64,000 nt of DNA from Thermoplasmata archaeon (GTDB lineage Archaea; Thermoplasmatota; E2; UBA202; JdFR-43), in NCBI GenBank assembly GCA_021162065.1, contig JAGGZK010000017.1, positions 23,034 through 87,033 on the forward strand, read 5' to 3'. The notes under the pieces were generated by a model, which was not told the origin of the DNA, searched no databases, and was given only the letters and a program-made list of their open reading frames with translations. Below are positions 9,634-19,347 of the stretch, piece by piece (the stretch's first letter is position 1; every line of letters starts with the position of its first letter). The position numbers were made by a program, and so were the translations under genes.

Positions 9634-9707
9634 GCCGGCGTAGCTTAGTCAGGTGGAGCACCCGGCTGTTAACCGGGCGGTCACCGGTTCAAATCCGGTC
9701 GCCGGCG
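9634..9707 (+). tRNA. tRNA-Asn (anticodon GUU)
   Basis: Hand-folded cloverleaf. Acceptor stem GCCGGCG/CGCCGGC, D arm GCTT..GAGC, anticodon stem CCCGG/CCGGG with loop CTGTTAA (anticodon GTT). T arm ACCGG-TTCAAAT-CCGGT, discriminator G, no encoded CCA. Confidence 0.85.
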
Positions 9708-9735
9708 CTACCTTTCCACCTGCAACATCATTAAC

Positions 9736-10203
9736 TCATAATCCGAGGATTTTTATTCCGGTGAGGGTGGCGAGTGTCACTATAAAGGCCGCTGTGCATA
9801 TGCCCACAAAGATGCACACCAATGATTTTTTGAAGTCCAGACCAAAGAGATATGCCGCCAGGCTGCCTGTCCATGCGCCCGTTACCGGCAGGGGAATGGC
9901 GACAAAGAGTATGAGGGCAAGCGTCTCCCATTTCTCTATGCTCCTTCTGGTTCTGCTGCGTGTTCTCTCAAAGATTTTATCCATCAGGTTACTCCAGAAT
10001 GTCCATTTCCTTAGCCATCTTTCCACAGGATTCAGTAGAAGGAGAATTAGGGGCACGGGAAGGAAATTGAAAAGAATAATTGCCGGGATGGCGACGTATG
10101 GATTCATGTTATACTTTAATAAAACGAGAGGTATCGCACCCCTCAACTCGGAAACGGGCATCATTGCCAAGAATATAACCCAGAACCACTGCACCACATT
10201 CAT
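9736..10203 (-). CDS. Small integral membrane protein (possibly small multidrug export-like, COG2426-type)
   Basis: 155 aa with about four hydrophobic helices. The SELRGAIP motif is the basis for the family guess, which is a weak recollection. Confidence 0.35.
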   Translation of the reverse strand: MNVVQWFWVIFLAMMPVSELRGAIPLVLLKYNMNPYVAIPAIILFNFLPVPLILLLLNPVERWLRKWTFWSNLMDKIFERTRSRTRRSIEKWETLALILFVAIPLPVTGAWTGSLAAYLFGLDFKKSLVCIFVGICTAAFIVTLATLTGIKILGL

Positions 10204-11423
10204 GTTATCATTCTCCCCATTCCTCCCTCCCCTATGAACTCATAGTTATCCACTATTTTCTCTCCTCTCAGATAGACATCCTTGGGATATATGCATTTCA
10301 TTCCCTCGTAGGGACTCCAGCCGCATTTTGAAAGCGGTTTTATGGTGCTCTCTGCAGAAAAATCCACCACAATGAGGTCCGCATCCTTCCCAACCTCTAT
10401 GGCACCCTTGTTCAATCCAAAAAATTTTGCGGGATTTCTGCACACCATGTCCAGCATTGTTTCCATTTCTATTCTCCCCTCCATCAGCATGTGAAGAAGA
10501 ATGGGAAGTGTTGCATCCACCCCCGGCATGCCAGAGGGGGCGCTTTCAAAATCTTTTTTTTCCTCCATCAGATGAGGGGCATGGTCAGATTCCAGTATGG
10601 GTATTCTTCCTCCTTCAAATATCCTGTAGAGGTTCTCCCTCTCCCTTTCCCCCCGCAGCGGAGGATTAACCTTCCCCATTGCTTCATAGCCAAATCTGCT
10701 TTCCCGGGAGAATAGGAGGTGATGAAGGGTGGAGCCAAAACTCGCTTTTCCTCCTATTTTTTCTGCCACCTCAGCCAATGTAACATGGCAGAAATGTACC
10801 TTTGCCCCTATTTTTTCATTTATGCTCAGCACCCTTTCCACACCCATAATCTCGCAATCTTTGCCCCTTGCCATGCCATGCTCTCTCAAATTTTGCGTTT
10901 TTCTCCTCTCTATGCATTCTTCCATCTCCGCATGTATGGCGAGGGGTTTTCCCGTTTTTTTCACCTCTATGAGCAGTGTTTCTATATTCTGGGGCTGGCA
11001 AAAAATCTCGTTGTCTGCGGAGAGAAATGTCTTATATCCAATGCATTTTACCTCATAGACATCCTTTCTTACCCCCGCATATAGCCCGTAATCAACGCAT
11101 GCCTTCCTCTCTACTTTTTTTACCTTCTCGTTGAAAGCATCGGAGGATAAAATGGCCGGCCTGTTATTCGGCATGTCCAGCACGCATGTGACGCCTGCCA
11201 TCGCTGCCGCTCTGCTGCCCGTGAAAAAGTCCTCTTTATACTCGCCCCCCGGCTCCCTGAAATGCACATGCACATCGATGGCGGCGGGGAGTATTATCTC
11301 GCTTCCGTACTCCTTTGATGAACTTTCCGTTGTTTTTCTTATCTCTGCTATTTTTCCGTCCTCAATTCCTATGCATACATGCTCTATTCTGCCGGTATAT
11401 GCCCTTCCGCATATGAATTCCAT
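10200..11423 (-). CDS. pyrC: Dihydroorotase (amidohydrolase superfamily)
   Basis: AAIDVHVHFREPG is the DHOase metal-binding HxH signature. Downstream His/Asp ligands (HAEME, DHAPH) and the 407-aa length fit. Confidence 0.75.
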   Translation of the reverse strand: MEFICGRAYTGRIEHVCIGIEDGKIAEIRKTTESSSKEYGSEIILPAAIDVHVHFREPGGEYKEDFFTGSRAAAMAGVTCVLDMPNNRPAILSSDAFNEKVKKVERKACVDYGLYAGVRKDVYEVKCIGYKTFLSADNEIFCQPQNIETLLIEVKKTGKPLAIHAEMEECIERRKTQNLREHGMARGKDCEIMGVERVLSINEKIGAKVHFCHVTLAEVAEKIGGKASFGSTLHHLLFSRESRFGYEAMGKVNPPLRGERERENLYRIFEGGRIPILESDHAPHLMEEKKDFESAPSGMPGVDATLPILLHMLMEGRIEMETMLDMVCRNPAKFFGLNKGAIEVGKDADLIVVDFSAESTIKPLSKCGWSPYEGMKCIYPKDVYLRGEKIVDNYEFIGEGGMGRMIT

Positions 11424-11496
11424 TCAAAGATAAATGGGAGGAGGTATTTAAAATGTTGAAAATTTTTGCATGATGGCAGATGACATGCTGAATAAA

Positions 11497-11514
11497 AAGT
11501 AAGTTTAATAAATA
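11497..11514 (+). promoter_or_regulatory. Putative TATA box (aagtttaataaata) about 25 nt upstream of the kinase ATG; suggests a leaderless or short-leader transcript
   Basis: An A/T-rich TATA-like octamer at the expected archaeal spacing. Confidence 0.25.
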
Positions 11515-11532
11515 CAAGGGATTTAAAAAACC

Positions 11533-13110
11533 ATGAAAAAAATTATTCCAGTATTCATTATCTTCCTTTTCATTTTTCCATCTGCCTCATCGAAAATAAT
11601 TTTTGGAATAGATGAAAATTACCCGCCCCACGAATTTGTGGATAATGGGGTGGCGAAGGGATTCAATGTGGACATAATAAGGGCCATCGCTAAGGATATG
11701 AATGAAAGCGTGGAGATAAGGCCCATGGTCTGGGATGAGGCGATGGAGGCGCTGAAGAATGGAAGCATAGATGCCCTCTGCATGGCGGAGAATGAGGAAA
11801 GAAGACAGTACTTTGATTTCAGCAGGCCCATTCTCACCATAAAACTCGCCATATTTGTGAGAAAGGAGATAACGGGGATAGATGACATTTATGCCTTGGA
11901 AAATCACAGTGTGGCGGTGGAGAGAGGGGATATAGCGGAGGAGTATCTCCTTTCCCATAACATCAACGCCTATATTCTGGAGGCAGACAGCCAGGAGGAG
12001 GCAATGAAATTGCTGGTCAACGGAGAAGCACTGGCATTTTTTGGAAATTATTACACGGGCGTTTACATCATTCAGAAATACGGCTACTCCCACATAAAGG
12101 TGATAGGTGAGGAAGTGGAGATAGGGAATAGAGTCATAGCCGTTGCCAAGGGAAATGATGAATTGCTGGATAGAATAAATCAATCAATTCTGTCCATAAG
12201 GGAAAAGGGGATTTATGATAGGATATATAAAAAATGGTACGGCGTTTCTCTCTATGGAAGAGAAAGATATGAATTTCCGAGATGGCTTCTGAACGCCATT
12301 CTAATCATCACCTCATTCATAGCCTTTGTTATAGCAGCCATTGTTGTATGGAATAGAAGGCTGCAGGAGAAGGTGGAGGAGAGAACCAAAGAACTCAGGG
12401 AGTATCAGAAAAATCTTGAGGAGATGGTGGAGAAGAGGACGGAGGAGGTGAAATTTCTATCTCATCGCCTCGCCCACGATTTGAAGGCGCCTCTCAGAAG
12501 CATAAAGACCTTCGCCTCCCTTTTTATGAGTGAATATGGAAACAATATTCCGGAGGAAGGAAGGGATATGATAAGGAGAATAGAGAATGCCAGCAAAAGA
12601 ATGGAGAGGATGATGGAAAAGTTGATGGACTACGGCAAAATGGAAGAAAGGTATATCAGAAAGAAAAGGATAAACATGAAATCTCTTCTGAGCGAAATTC
12701 TTGAAGAGATGAGAGATGAGATAATGAAAAGGAATGCAGAGATAGTTATTGAATCCCTTCCATCTGTGTATGGGGATAGAGAGATACTTAAGGAAGTGAT
12801 GCAGAATCTCATAAGCAATGCCATAAAATTTGTCCCTTCCGAAAGAAAGCCAAAAGTGAGGATATATGGAAGAAAATTGGATGGCAGGGCAAGAATATAT
12901 GTGGAGGATAATGGCATAGGCATTCCAAAGGCAAAGCAGAAGGAAATTTTCGATCTCTTCACCCGTCTGCACGGGAGGGAGGAGTATGAAGGCACAGGCA
13001 TAGGACTGGCGATAGTGAAGAAGGGTGTGGAAAAAATGAATGGGAGAGTCGGTGTAAAGAGTGAGGAGAAAAAGGGTAGCATCTTCTGGATTGAACTTCC
13101 CTCTCACTAA
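11533..13110 (+). CDS. Sensor histidine kinase with extracytoplasmic solute-binding (SBP_bac_3-like) domain
   Basis: Signal peptide, then a periplasmic-binding-protein-like domain of about 230 aa. One TM helix follows (WLLNAILIITSFIAFVIAAIVVW). Then a HisKA H-box (SHRLAHDLKAPLRSI) and an HATPase_c domain (N-box NLISNAIKF, G boxes DNGIGIP and GTGIGLAI). Confidence 0.8.
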   Translation: MKKIIPVFIIFLFIFPSASSKIIFGIDENYPPHEFVDNGVAKGFNVDIIRAIAKDMNESVEIRPMVWDEAMEALKNGSIDALCMAENEERRQYFDFSRPILTIKLAIFVRKEITGIDDIYALENHSVAVERGDIAEEYLLSHNINAYILEADSQEEAMKLLVNGEALAFFGNYYTGVYIIQKYGYSHIKVIGEEVEIGNRVIAVAKGNDELLDRINQSILSIREKGIYDRIYKKWYGVSLYGRERYEFPRWLLNAILIITSFIAFVIAAIVVWNRRLQEKVEERTKELREYQKNLEEMVEKRTEEVKFLSHRLAHDLKAPLRSIKTFASLFMSEYGNNIPEEGRDMIRRIENASKRMERMMEKLMDYGKMEERYIRKKRINMKSLLSEILEEMRDEIMKRNAEIVIESLPSVYGDREILKEVMQNLISNAIKFVPSERKPKVRIYGRKLDGRARIYVEDNGIGIPKAKQKEIFDLFTRLHGREEYEGTGIGLAIVKKGVEKMNGRVGVKSEEKKGSIFWIELPSH

Positions 13111-13154
13111 TGCTTTATGGGCTAAGCAAATTATCTTTAGTGGATGGAGAAAAT

Positions 13155-13170
13155 ATTTATATATAAAATT
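13155..13170 (+). promoter_or_regulatory. Putative TATA box (tttatatataaaa) centred about 28 nt upstream of the ATG at 13191
   Basis: Canonical archaeal TATA-like sequence at leaderless spacing. Confidence 0.3.
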
Positions 13171-13190
13171 TTGGTATATATCTGAGAGGC

Positions 13191-16100
13191 ATGAAATTTC
13201 TTATTATAGACGACGAGCCAGACGATAGAAAGATAGCCATAAAGTTCCTCAGCAGAGCGTATCCCGATGCAGAATTTGTTGAGGTGGTGACAGAAAAACA
13301 GTTTCATGAATGCCTCGAGAAGGAAAATTATGATGTTGTTATCACCGATTATCATCTTCACTGGAGCAATGGAATAAGAATTCTGATGGAGATTAAAAAA
13401 AGAAGCCCCTTCACGCCCGTAATAATGCTCACCGGCACCGGCACCGAGGAGGTGGCGGTGGAGGCCATGAAGCGGGGTCTCGATGACTATGTTCTGAAAA
13501 CACCGCGCCATTTTGAGCGTTTACCCGCTTCGGTGAAGGCGGCCATAGAGAGAGAGGAGATAAACAGGAAGGAGAAAATGCTCTCCTCCATAGTGGAGCA
13601 TTCAAAGGAGGCGGTGGTGAGCGTTGATGAGAATGGGAATATAATATATGTCAACAGGGCAGTGGAAGAAATTTTTGGATGGGGTAGAGAGGAAATCATA
13701 GGCAAACACATGAGCATATTGGCCGTGGATGAGAAAAAACAAAGGAAAGAATTTGAAAAGGCGTTAAAAAATGGATGGGCGAAATTCGAGACGGTAAGAA
13801 AAGCGAAGGATGGAAATGAAATCCCTGTTTTGATGACCATCATTCCATTCAGGGACGAAAGAGGCAACCTGATTTTTTCATCCGCCATAATCGTTGATAT
13901 AAGGGAACAGAAGGAGTATGAGGAAAAACTGGAGCACATGAACGACTTATTAAAGGCATTGAAGGATGTGAACCAGCTGATACAGAGGGAGAAAGATGTG
14001 AAAAAATTGCTTCGCAAAACCTGCGACATTATTGCAGGAGTGGAGAAATATCTTTTTGTATGCCTGGATATGGATGGCGGAGAGTATTCTGTTGGAGATG
14101 ATGAGATACGCAGCAGGTTGCATGAAGTTGAGGAAGAGAAAAAATTAAGGGAGAGGGCGGAGAAGGAGGGTAAGGAAATCATAGAGGATTTCAATGGAGG
14201 AAAAATAGCTGTTATTCCGGTGATTAAAGATGAATTTGCCTTTCTGACCATCATAGTAAAAGACGGAGATTTTTATGAGGAGGAGATAGACCTGCTGAAG
14301 GAAATGTGCAATGACATCTCGTTAGCCATACATACAATAAATCTGTCCAAGGCCCTTTATGAGGAAGAGGTGCTGAGGGAGGCAATCCTTTCTGCCGTTC
14401 CCATCGGCATTGGATTCACCATCAATCGCATTCTTGGATGGGCCAACGAAACCATGTATCGTATGACAGGCTATAGCCCGGAGGAGACTCTGGGCAAGGA
14501 TGCTCGCATTCTGTATGAGAGCGATGAGGAATATAAGAGGGTGGGAAGGGAGATAGAGAAGGCATTGAAGGAAGGGAAAATAGCGAAGGTGGAAACAAGA
14601 TGGAAAAGAAAAGATGGAAGCGTTTTCGACTGCCTTCTCTACGCAAGGTATGCAAATCCCGAAAAGCCGGAGGAGGGAGTAATAGTTGCCGCGGTGGACA
14701 TAACCGAGAGTAAGAAGTTAAAGGATGCATTGAAAGAAAGTGAGGAGAAATACCGTGTACTTGCGGAAAATTCCATGGATGGTATATTTCTTGCCAAAGG
14801 ATACAAACTTGTTTACGCCAATCCCGCCTTCTTCAAGATTTTTGCCCTTAAATCTTTAAAGCAGGCAACAGAAAAAAATCTGCTGGAGTTTTTGGATGAA
14901 GAAGATGCCGAGAAAATAGTGAGGGATGTGGGAAAGGCGTTGAGGGGGGAGAAATCACGGGCGAGATATGAATTAAAAATTAAAAGGGCCGATGGAAGCA
15001 TCGCCTTCGTTGATCTTGCCATGAATAAGGTGATATATAATGGCGAACCTCATGCTCTGGGGATAGTAAAGGACATCACTGAAAAAAAGAAACTTATGGA
15101 TGAACTGAGGCAAAGCGAGAAAAAATATCGCACGCTTGTTGAACACGCCAATGACGGAGTGGGCATAATTCAGGATGGAAAAATTAAATATGCGAATCCA
15201 CGCCTCCTGGAAATGGGGGGCTATACTTTAAAGGAGATGCTTGGCCAGGATTTCACAAAGTTTGTTGCTGTTGAAGAAATAAAAAAACTGAAGGAAAGAT
15301 ATGAAAAAAGGACATCCGGAGAGGAGGTGGAGACCACCTATGAGACCGTTCTTCTGAGAAAGGATGGAAGCAGGGTTTATGTGGAATTATCTGTTGCAAT
15401 AATAGATTATGAGGAGCGACCTGCAGAACTTGTAATAGTTAGAGATATATCGGAAAGAAAGGAACTTCTGGAAAAACTGCAGGAGAGTGAAAACAGATTC
15501 AAAAGCATATTTGAAAATGCTGCCGTGGGTATATACAGGACAACGCCAGATGGCAGAATATTGGCGGCAAACCCATTCCTGGTAAAACTCTTGGGGTATG
15601 AAAATGAGGAGGATTTAAAGAAAAGAAATTTGAATGAAAAGGAATGTTATGAGCCGGGATATGGAAGGGAGAGGTTTATAAAAGAAATAGAGGAGAAGGG
15701 TTATTTTGTTGGAGAGTCAGCATGGAAACGTAAAGATGGTTCGACGATATGGGTGAGGGAGAGTGCCGTGGCAATAAAAGACAGAGAAGGGAAAACCCTT
15801 TACTATGATGGAGTGGTTGAAGATATAACGGAGTTAAAGAAAAAGGAAGAGCAACTCATAAAGGCGAGAGATGACTGGGAGGCAATATTCAATTCCATCA
15901 GTGACCCCGTTATCATTCTTGCAAGGGATCATACCATACTGGATGCCAATCCCGCCACCTTAAGAGCACTGGGAATGAAAAAAGAAGAGGTGGTGGGAAG
16001 AAAATGTTTTGAATTTTTCCATGAAGATGGAAAAATAGCCAAGGGCTGTCCCATGGAAAAATTATTGCGCTCAAAAAAATCGGAAACGGAAACTATGGAA

Positions 16101-19100
16101 ATGGAAGCACTTGGAGGGATATATATTGTGAGTGTTTCACCCGTCTTTGAAAAGGGTGAAATAACCAGAGTCGTTCATCATGCAAAGGATATCACAAAAT
16201 TAAAAAGGATAATAAGGGAGCTGGAAGACAGCGAGGCCCGTTTCAGAGGCATATTCGAGAGTGCAATTGATGCCATATTTCTCATGAAAGGCGATAGATT
16301 CATACATTGCAATCCTGCCGCCCTCCAGATTTTTGGATGTGAGGAAAAGGACATAATAGGTGCCACTCCCTACAAATTTTCCCCTCCGAAGCAACCTGAT
16401 GGAAACAATTCAAAGAAGAAGGCATTGGAATTCATAAGGAAGGCGATGGAGGGAAAACCGCAGCGTTTTGAATGGAAACACTCTCGTCTGGACGGCTCCA
16501 CTTTTGATGCGGAAGTCATTCTCAACAGAGTAAAATTGGGAGGGGAGTACTATATCATGACCATAGTGAGGGACATAACCGCAAGGAAGAAGGCGGAGAA
16601 GGCATTGAAGGAAAGCGAAAAATTTTTAAGAGATGTTCTGGAAAGCATTCAGGATGGAATAAGTGTTCTTGACACAGATTTAAACATTCGCATGGTGAAC
16701 AGCACAATGGAGAGATGGTATGCTGAAAATATGCCTCTTGTAGGCAAAAAATGCTACGAGGCTTACCATAACAGAAAGACCCCATGTGAAAAATGCCCCA
16801 CACTCAGATGCATCAAATCAGGAAAAATGGAGAGAGAAATCATTTCAGACCCATTTAAGCATTACATAGAACTTTACAGCTATCCCATGAAGGATGAAAA
16901 TGGCAATGTGGTGGGTGTTGTAGAATTTGTAAGAGATGTATCTCTCCAGAAAAAAGCAGAGGAGGCATTGAAAGAAAGCGAGGAGCGTTTCCGCAGTATG
17001 TTTGAAAACTCGCTCAATGCAATAGCAATTCATAAGATTGTTACGGACAAGAAAGGAAAACCCATTGACTATGTTTTCACCGCAGTCAACAATTCCTTTG
17101 AAAGAGAAACAGGCTTAAAGGCAGAAGATGTGGTGGGAAGGAGAATAACAGAAGTGATACCTGATGTAGACACCAAATTAATTGAGGAATACGAAAAGAT
17201 TGCCTTGGGAGGTGGCTCTTCCAGATTTGAAATATTCTCCAAATCACTTGGCAAATATTTAGAAATCTCCGTATTTTCTCTCAGTAAAGGAGAGCTTGTC
17301 ACAATTTTCAGAGATATATCGGAGCGAGTGAATTACGTTAACAATCTCACATTCTTAGCGGAGTCGGTGGCAAAATTCAATGAGATAGATTCTATGGAAA
17401 AACTTTACAGGTTTACAGCAAAGAGCATAAGAAATATAGCCGGGAAAGCCATAGTGGTGGTGTCATCCTATGAACCACGATCAAAAACCATTGTTGTTCA
17501 ATCGGTGGAGGGTCTGGGAAAGAACCTCTCTACCTTACTTAATCTTCTTGGCAAAAACATTGTGGGCATGGAGTTTCCAGTCCACAAGGACAAGTATGCA
17601 CAGTATGGAAAAGAAGTGGTAAAACTCTCTGATGGGATATATGACCTCTCCAGCGGAAGAATATCGAAACGTGTTGCCGACACCATCCAAAAATTGCTGG
17701 GCATTGGCGATATCTATACGATGGATATCATAAGGGGGGAGAAACTCTTTGGCAACATTACCATCATTATGAGAAAGGGAGAGAAACTGAAAAACAAACA
17801 ACTTATTGAAACATTCATAGGAGAGGCAGGCATTGCCTATCAGAGATTGCTTATACTGCAACAGCTGAGGGAAGGTGAGAAAAGATACAGACAGTTATAT
17901 GAAAATGCAGGTGTTCCAATATTCACCTATGATGAAAACCTTGTTGTTACTGATGTAAATGAAATTGCCTGCATAATGGCTGGAGTTAAGAAAGAGGATG
18001 TTGTTGGTAAAAATATGCTGGACCTAAACATTCTCCATCCCGCAGATATGAAAAAGGCATTGGATACTATGGAAAAATTATTTTCAGGAAAAGAAGGTGT
18101 TGCAATAGAAAAACTGCGTCTTCGCAGGGCCGATGGCACCTACGGCATATTTGAGATATATGCAACAATTCGCAAGTTCGCTGGCAGGAGGGAAATCATC
18201 AATGTATGTCATGATGTGACTGATAAAGAAAGGTTGCTTAAAGAACTGGCTGAGAGTGAAAGGAGATTCAGGGGCCTGGTGGAAAATGCCCATGACGCCA
18301 TTTATATCGTCTCTCCCAGAGGATTTGAATATGTTAACCCTGCCTTTGAGAAACTTACAGGTTATAGCAAGGAGGAATTGCTGAGCAAAGATTTCTCCTT
18401 CTGGGCTCTTATCCATCCAGATGATATTGAAAAGATAAAGGAGAGAGAAAAGGCGAGAAGAAGGAGGAGAAAGATTCCCTCAAGGTATGAGTTCAGGATA
18501 ATAACAAAGAATGGAGAAACGAGGGTTGTGGAGGCATCAACGATGGATGTGGGGAGAGGAAGTTACAGAGTAATAGGGATGCTGAGAGATGTCACAGAAA
18601 GAATAAAAGCACAGGAAGAAATAAGCAAACTTTCCAACCTGCATTACTCGATAGGCATGGGTATAAATAGAAATGATACCGTGGAGGGACTCTGCAGAGA
18701 TTTACTGGCAAGCATAAAGGATGTTCTGGAAATTGATTATGGAAGCATATTCATATACTCCAGAGACAAAAAGGCTCTAATCCCTGTGGCTCATCTTGGT
18801 TATCCGAAGGAGATGATGAGGAGAATAGTAAAGGAATATCCTCTTGAAAAGGATCAACCATGGGTTGCGGTGAAGGTATTTTTGGAAGCAAAGGAGAAAT
18901 ATCTAAGGAATATCCAGAGATACAAACCCCTTGCCTTCAACAGAGATTTATACAAGAAGTACGGGATTAAGGAACTCTACACCATTCCTCTACTTGTTAA
19001 AGGGAAAGTGTGCGGAGTTTTGCAGGTGGCATCGAGGGAAAACAATCCCTTCACCGATGACAAAAGAAAAATACTCCGTGCCATTTCAGAAGAAATAGCA

Positions 19101-19340
19101 GCTGGAATAGCCAAAATTGAGGCGGAGGAGAAGATGAGGGAGGCACTGGAGAAGGAAAGAAGATTTAAGCTTGATACATCCCATTACTTCTTCAATCCTA
19201 TAGCCATAGCAAAAGGCTATCTCCAGCTTGCCCTGGAGGAGGATGATGGAAAGGATAATATTCTCAAAGCCATTGAGGCGATTGATAGGGTAGAAAAGGT
19301 AGTTAAAAATATAACCACAAAGGGTGAGATACGTGAGTAG
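13191..19340 (+). CDS. Giant multi-sensor signalling protein: N-terminal receiver (REC) domain, about 12 PAS and 3 GAF domains, C-terminal DHp-like H-box, no HATPase domain
   Basis: Single uninterrupted 6150-nt ORF. The N-terminus is REC-like (LIIDDEPDD...VVITDYHL...DYVLK). PAS S-box-like segments recur about every 120-130 aa (for example FRGIFESAIDAIFLM, FRSMFENSLNAIAIH, YRQLYENAGVPIFTY, FRGLVENAHDAIYIV). GAF-like blocks are interspersed. The C-terminus (ERRFKLDTSHYFFNPIAIAKGYLQLALEE) looks like a HisKA phospho-acceptor helix, and the protein ends about 45 aa later with no ATP-binding domain. Confidence 0.8.
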   Translation: MKFLIIDDEPDDRKIAIKFLSRAYPDAEFVEVVTEKQFHECLEKENYDVVITDYHLHWSNGIRILMEIKKRSPFTPVIMLTGTGTEEVAVEAMKRGLDDYVLKTPRHFERLPASVKAAIEREEINRKEKMLSSIVEHSKEAVVSVDENGNIIYVNRAVEEIFGWGREEIIGKHMSILAVDEKKQRKEFEKALKNGWAKFETVRKAKDGNEIPVLMTIIPFRDERGNLIFSSAIIVDIREQKEYEEKLEHMNDLLKALKDVNQLIQREKDVKKLLRKTCDIIAGVEKYLFVCLDMDGGEYSVGDDEIRSRLHEVEEEKKLRERAEKEGKEIIEDFNGGKIAVIPVIKDEFAFLTIIVKDGDFYEEEIDLLKEMCNDISLAIHTINLSKALYEEEVLREAILSAVPIGIGFTINRILGWANETMYRMTGYSPEETLGKDARILYESDEEYKRVGREIEKALKEGKIAKVETRWKRKDGSVFDCLLYARYANPEKPEEGVIVAAVDITESKKLKDALKESEEKYRVLAENSMDGIFLAKGYKLVYANPAFFKIFALKSLKQATEKNLLEFLDEEDAEKIVRDVGKALRGEKSRARYELKIKRADGSIAFVDLAMNKVIYNGEPHALGIVKDITEKKKLMDELRQSEKKYRTLVEHANDGVGIIQDGKIKYANPRLLEMGGYTLKEMLGQDFTKFVAVEEIKKLKERYEKRTSGEEVETTYETVLLRKDGSRVYVELSVAIIDYEERPAELVIVRDISERKELLEKLQESENRFKSIFENAAVGIYRTTPDGRILAANPFLVKLLGYENEEDLKKRNLNEKECYEPGYGRERFIKEIEEKGYFVGESAWKRKDGSTIWVRESAVAIKDREGKTLYYDGVVEDITELKKKEEQLIKARDDWEAIFNSISDPVIILARDHTILDANPATLRALGMKKEEVVGRKCFEFFHEDGKIAKGCPMEKLLRSKKSETETMEMEALGGIYIVSVSPVFEKGEITRVVHHAKDITKLKRIIRELEDSEARFRGIFESAIDAIFLMKGDRFIHCNPAALQIFGCEEKDIIGATPYKFSPPKQPDGNNSKKKALEFIRKAMEGKPQRFEWKHSRLDGSTFDAEVILNRVKLGGEYYIMTIVRDITARKKAEKALKESEKFLRDVLESIQDGISVLDTDLNIRMVNSTMERWYAENMPLVGKKCYEAYHNRKTPCEKCPTLRCIKSGKMEREIISDPFKHYIELYSYPMKDENGNVVGVVEFVRDVSLQKKAEEALKESEERFRSMFENSLNAIAIHKIVTDKKGKPIDYVFTAVNNSFERETGLKAEDVVGRRITEVIPDVDTKLIEEYEKIALGGGSSRFEIFSKSLGKYLEISVFSLSKGELVTIFRDISERVNYVNNLTFLAESVAKFNEIDSMEKLYRFTAKSIRNIAGKAIVVVSSYEPRSKTIVVQSVEGLGKNLSTLLNLLGKNIVGMEFPVHKDKYAQYGKEVVKLSDGIYDLSSGRISKRVADTIQKLLGIGDIYTMDIIRGEKLFGNITIIMRKGEKLKNKQLIETFIGEAGIAYQRLLILQQLREGEKRYRQLYENAGVPIFTYDENLVVTDVNEIACIMAGVKKEDVVGKNMLDLNILHPADMKKALDTMEKLFSGKEGVAIEKLRLRRADGTYGIFEIYATIRKFAGRREIINVCHDVTDKERLLKELAESERRFRGLVENAHDAIYIVSPRGFEYVNPAFEKLTGYSKEELLSKDFSFWALIHPDDIEKIKEREKARRRRRKIPSRYEFRIITKNGETRVVEASTMDVGRGSYRVIGMLRDVTERIKAQEEISKLSNLHYSIGMGINRNDTVEGLCRDLLASIKDVLEIDYGSIFIYSRDKKALIPVAHLGYPKEMMRRIVKEYPLEKDQPWVAVKVFLEAKEKYLRNIQRYKPLAFNRDLYKKYGIKELYTIPLLVKGKVCGVLQVASRENNPFTDDKRKILRAISEEIAAGIAKIEAEEKMREALEKERRFKLDTSHYFFNPIAIAKGYLQLALEEDDGKDNILKAIEAIDRVEKVVKNITTKGEIRE

Positions 19341-19347
19341 AAAAATA

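Noticed and set aside
9653-10237. 194-aa plus-strand ORF starting inside tRNA-Asn
   Set aside because: It overlaps the tRNA gene and is antisense to the membrane-protein gene; it is an arbitrary open frame.
13487-14254. 255-aa minus-strand ORF inside the giant PAS gene
   Set aside because: It is antisense to a well-supported 6150-nt coding frame. Its composition is low-complexity and Ser/Phe-rich, as typical of antisense frames, and it has no motifs.
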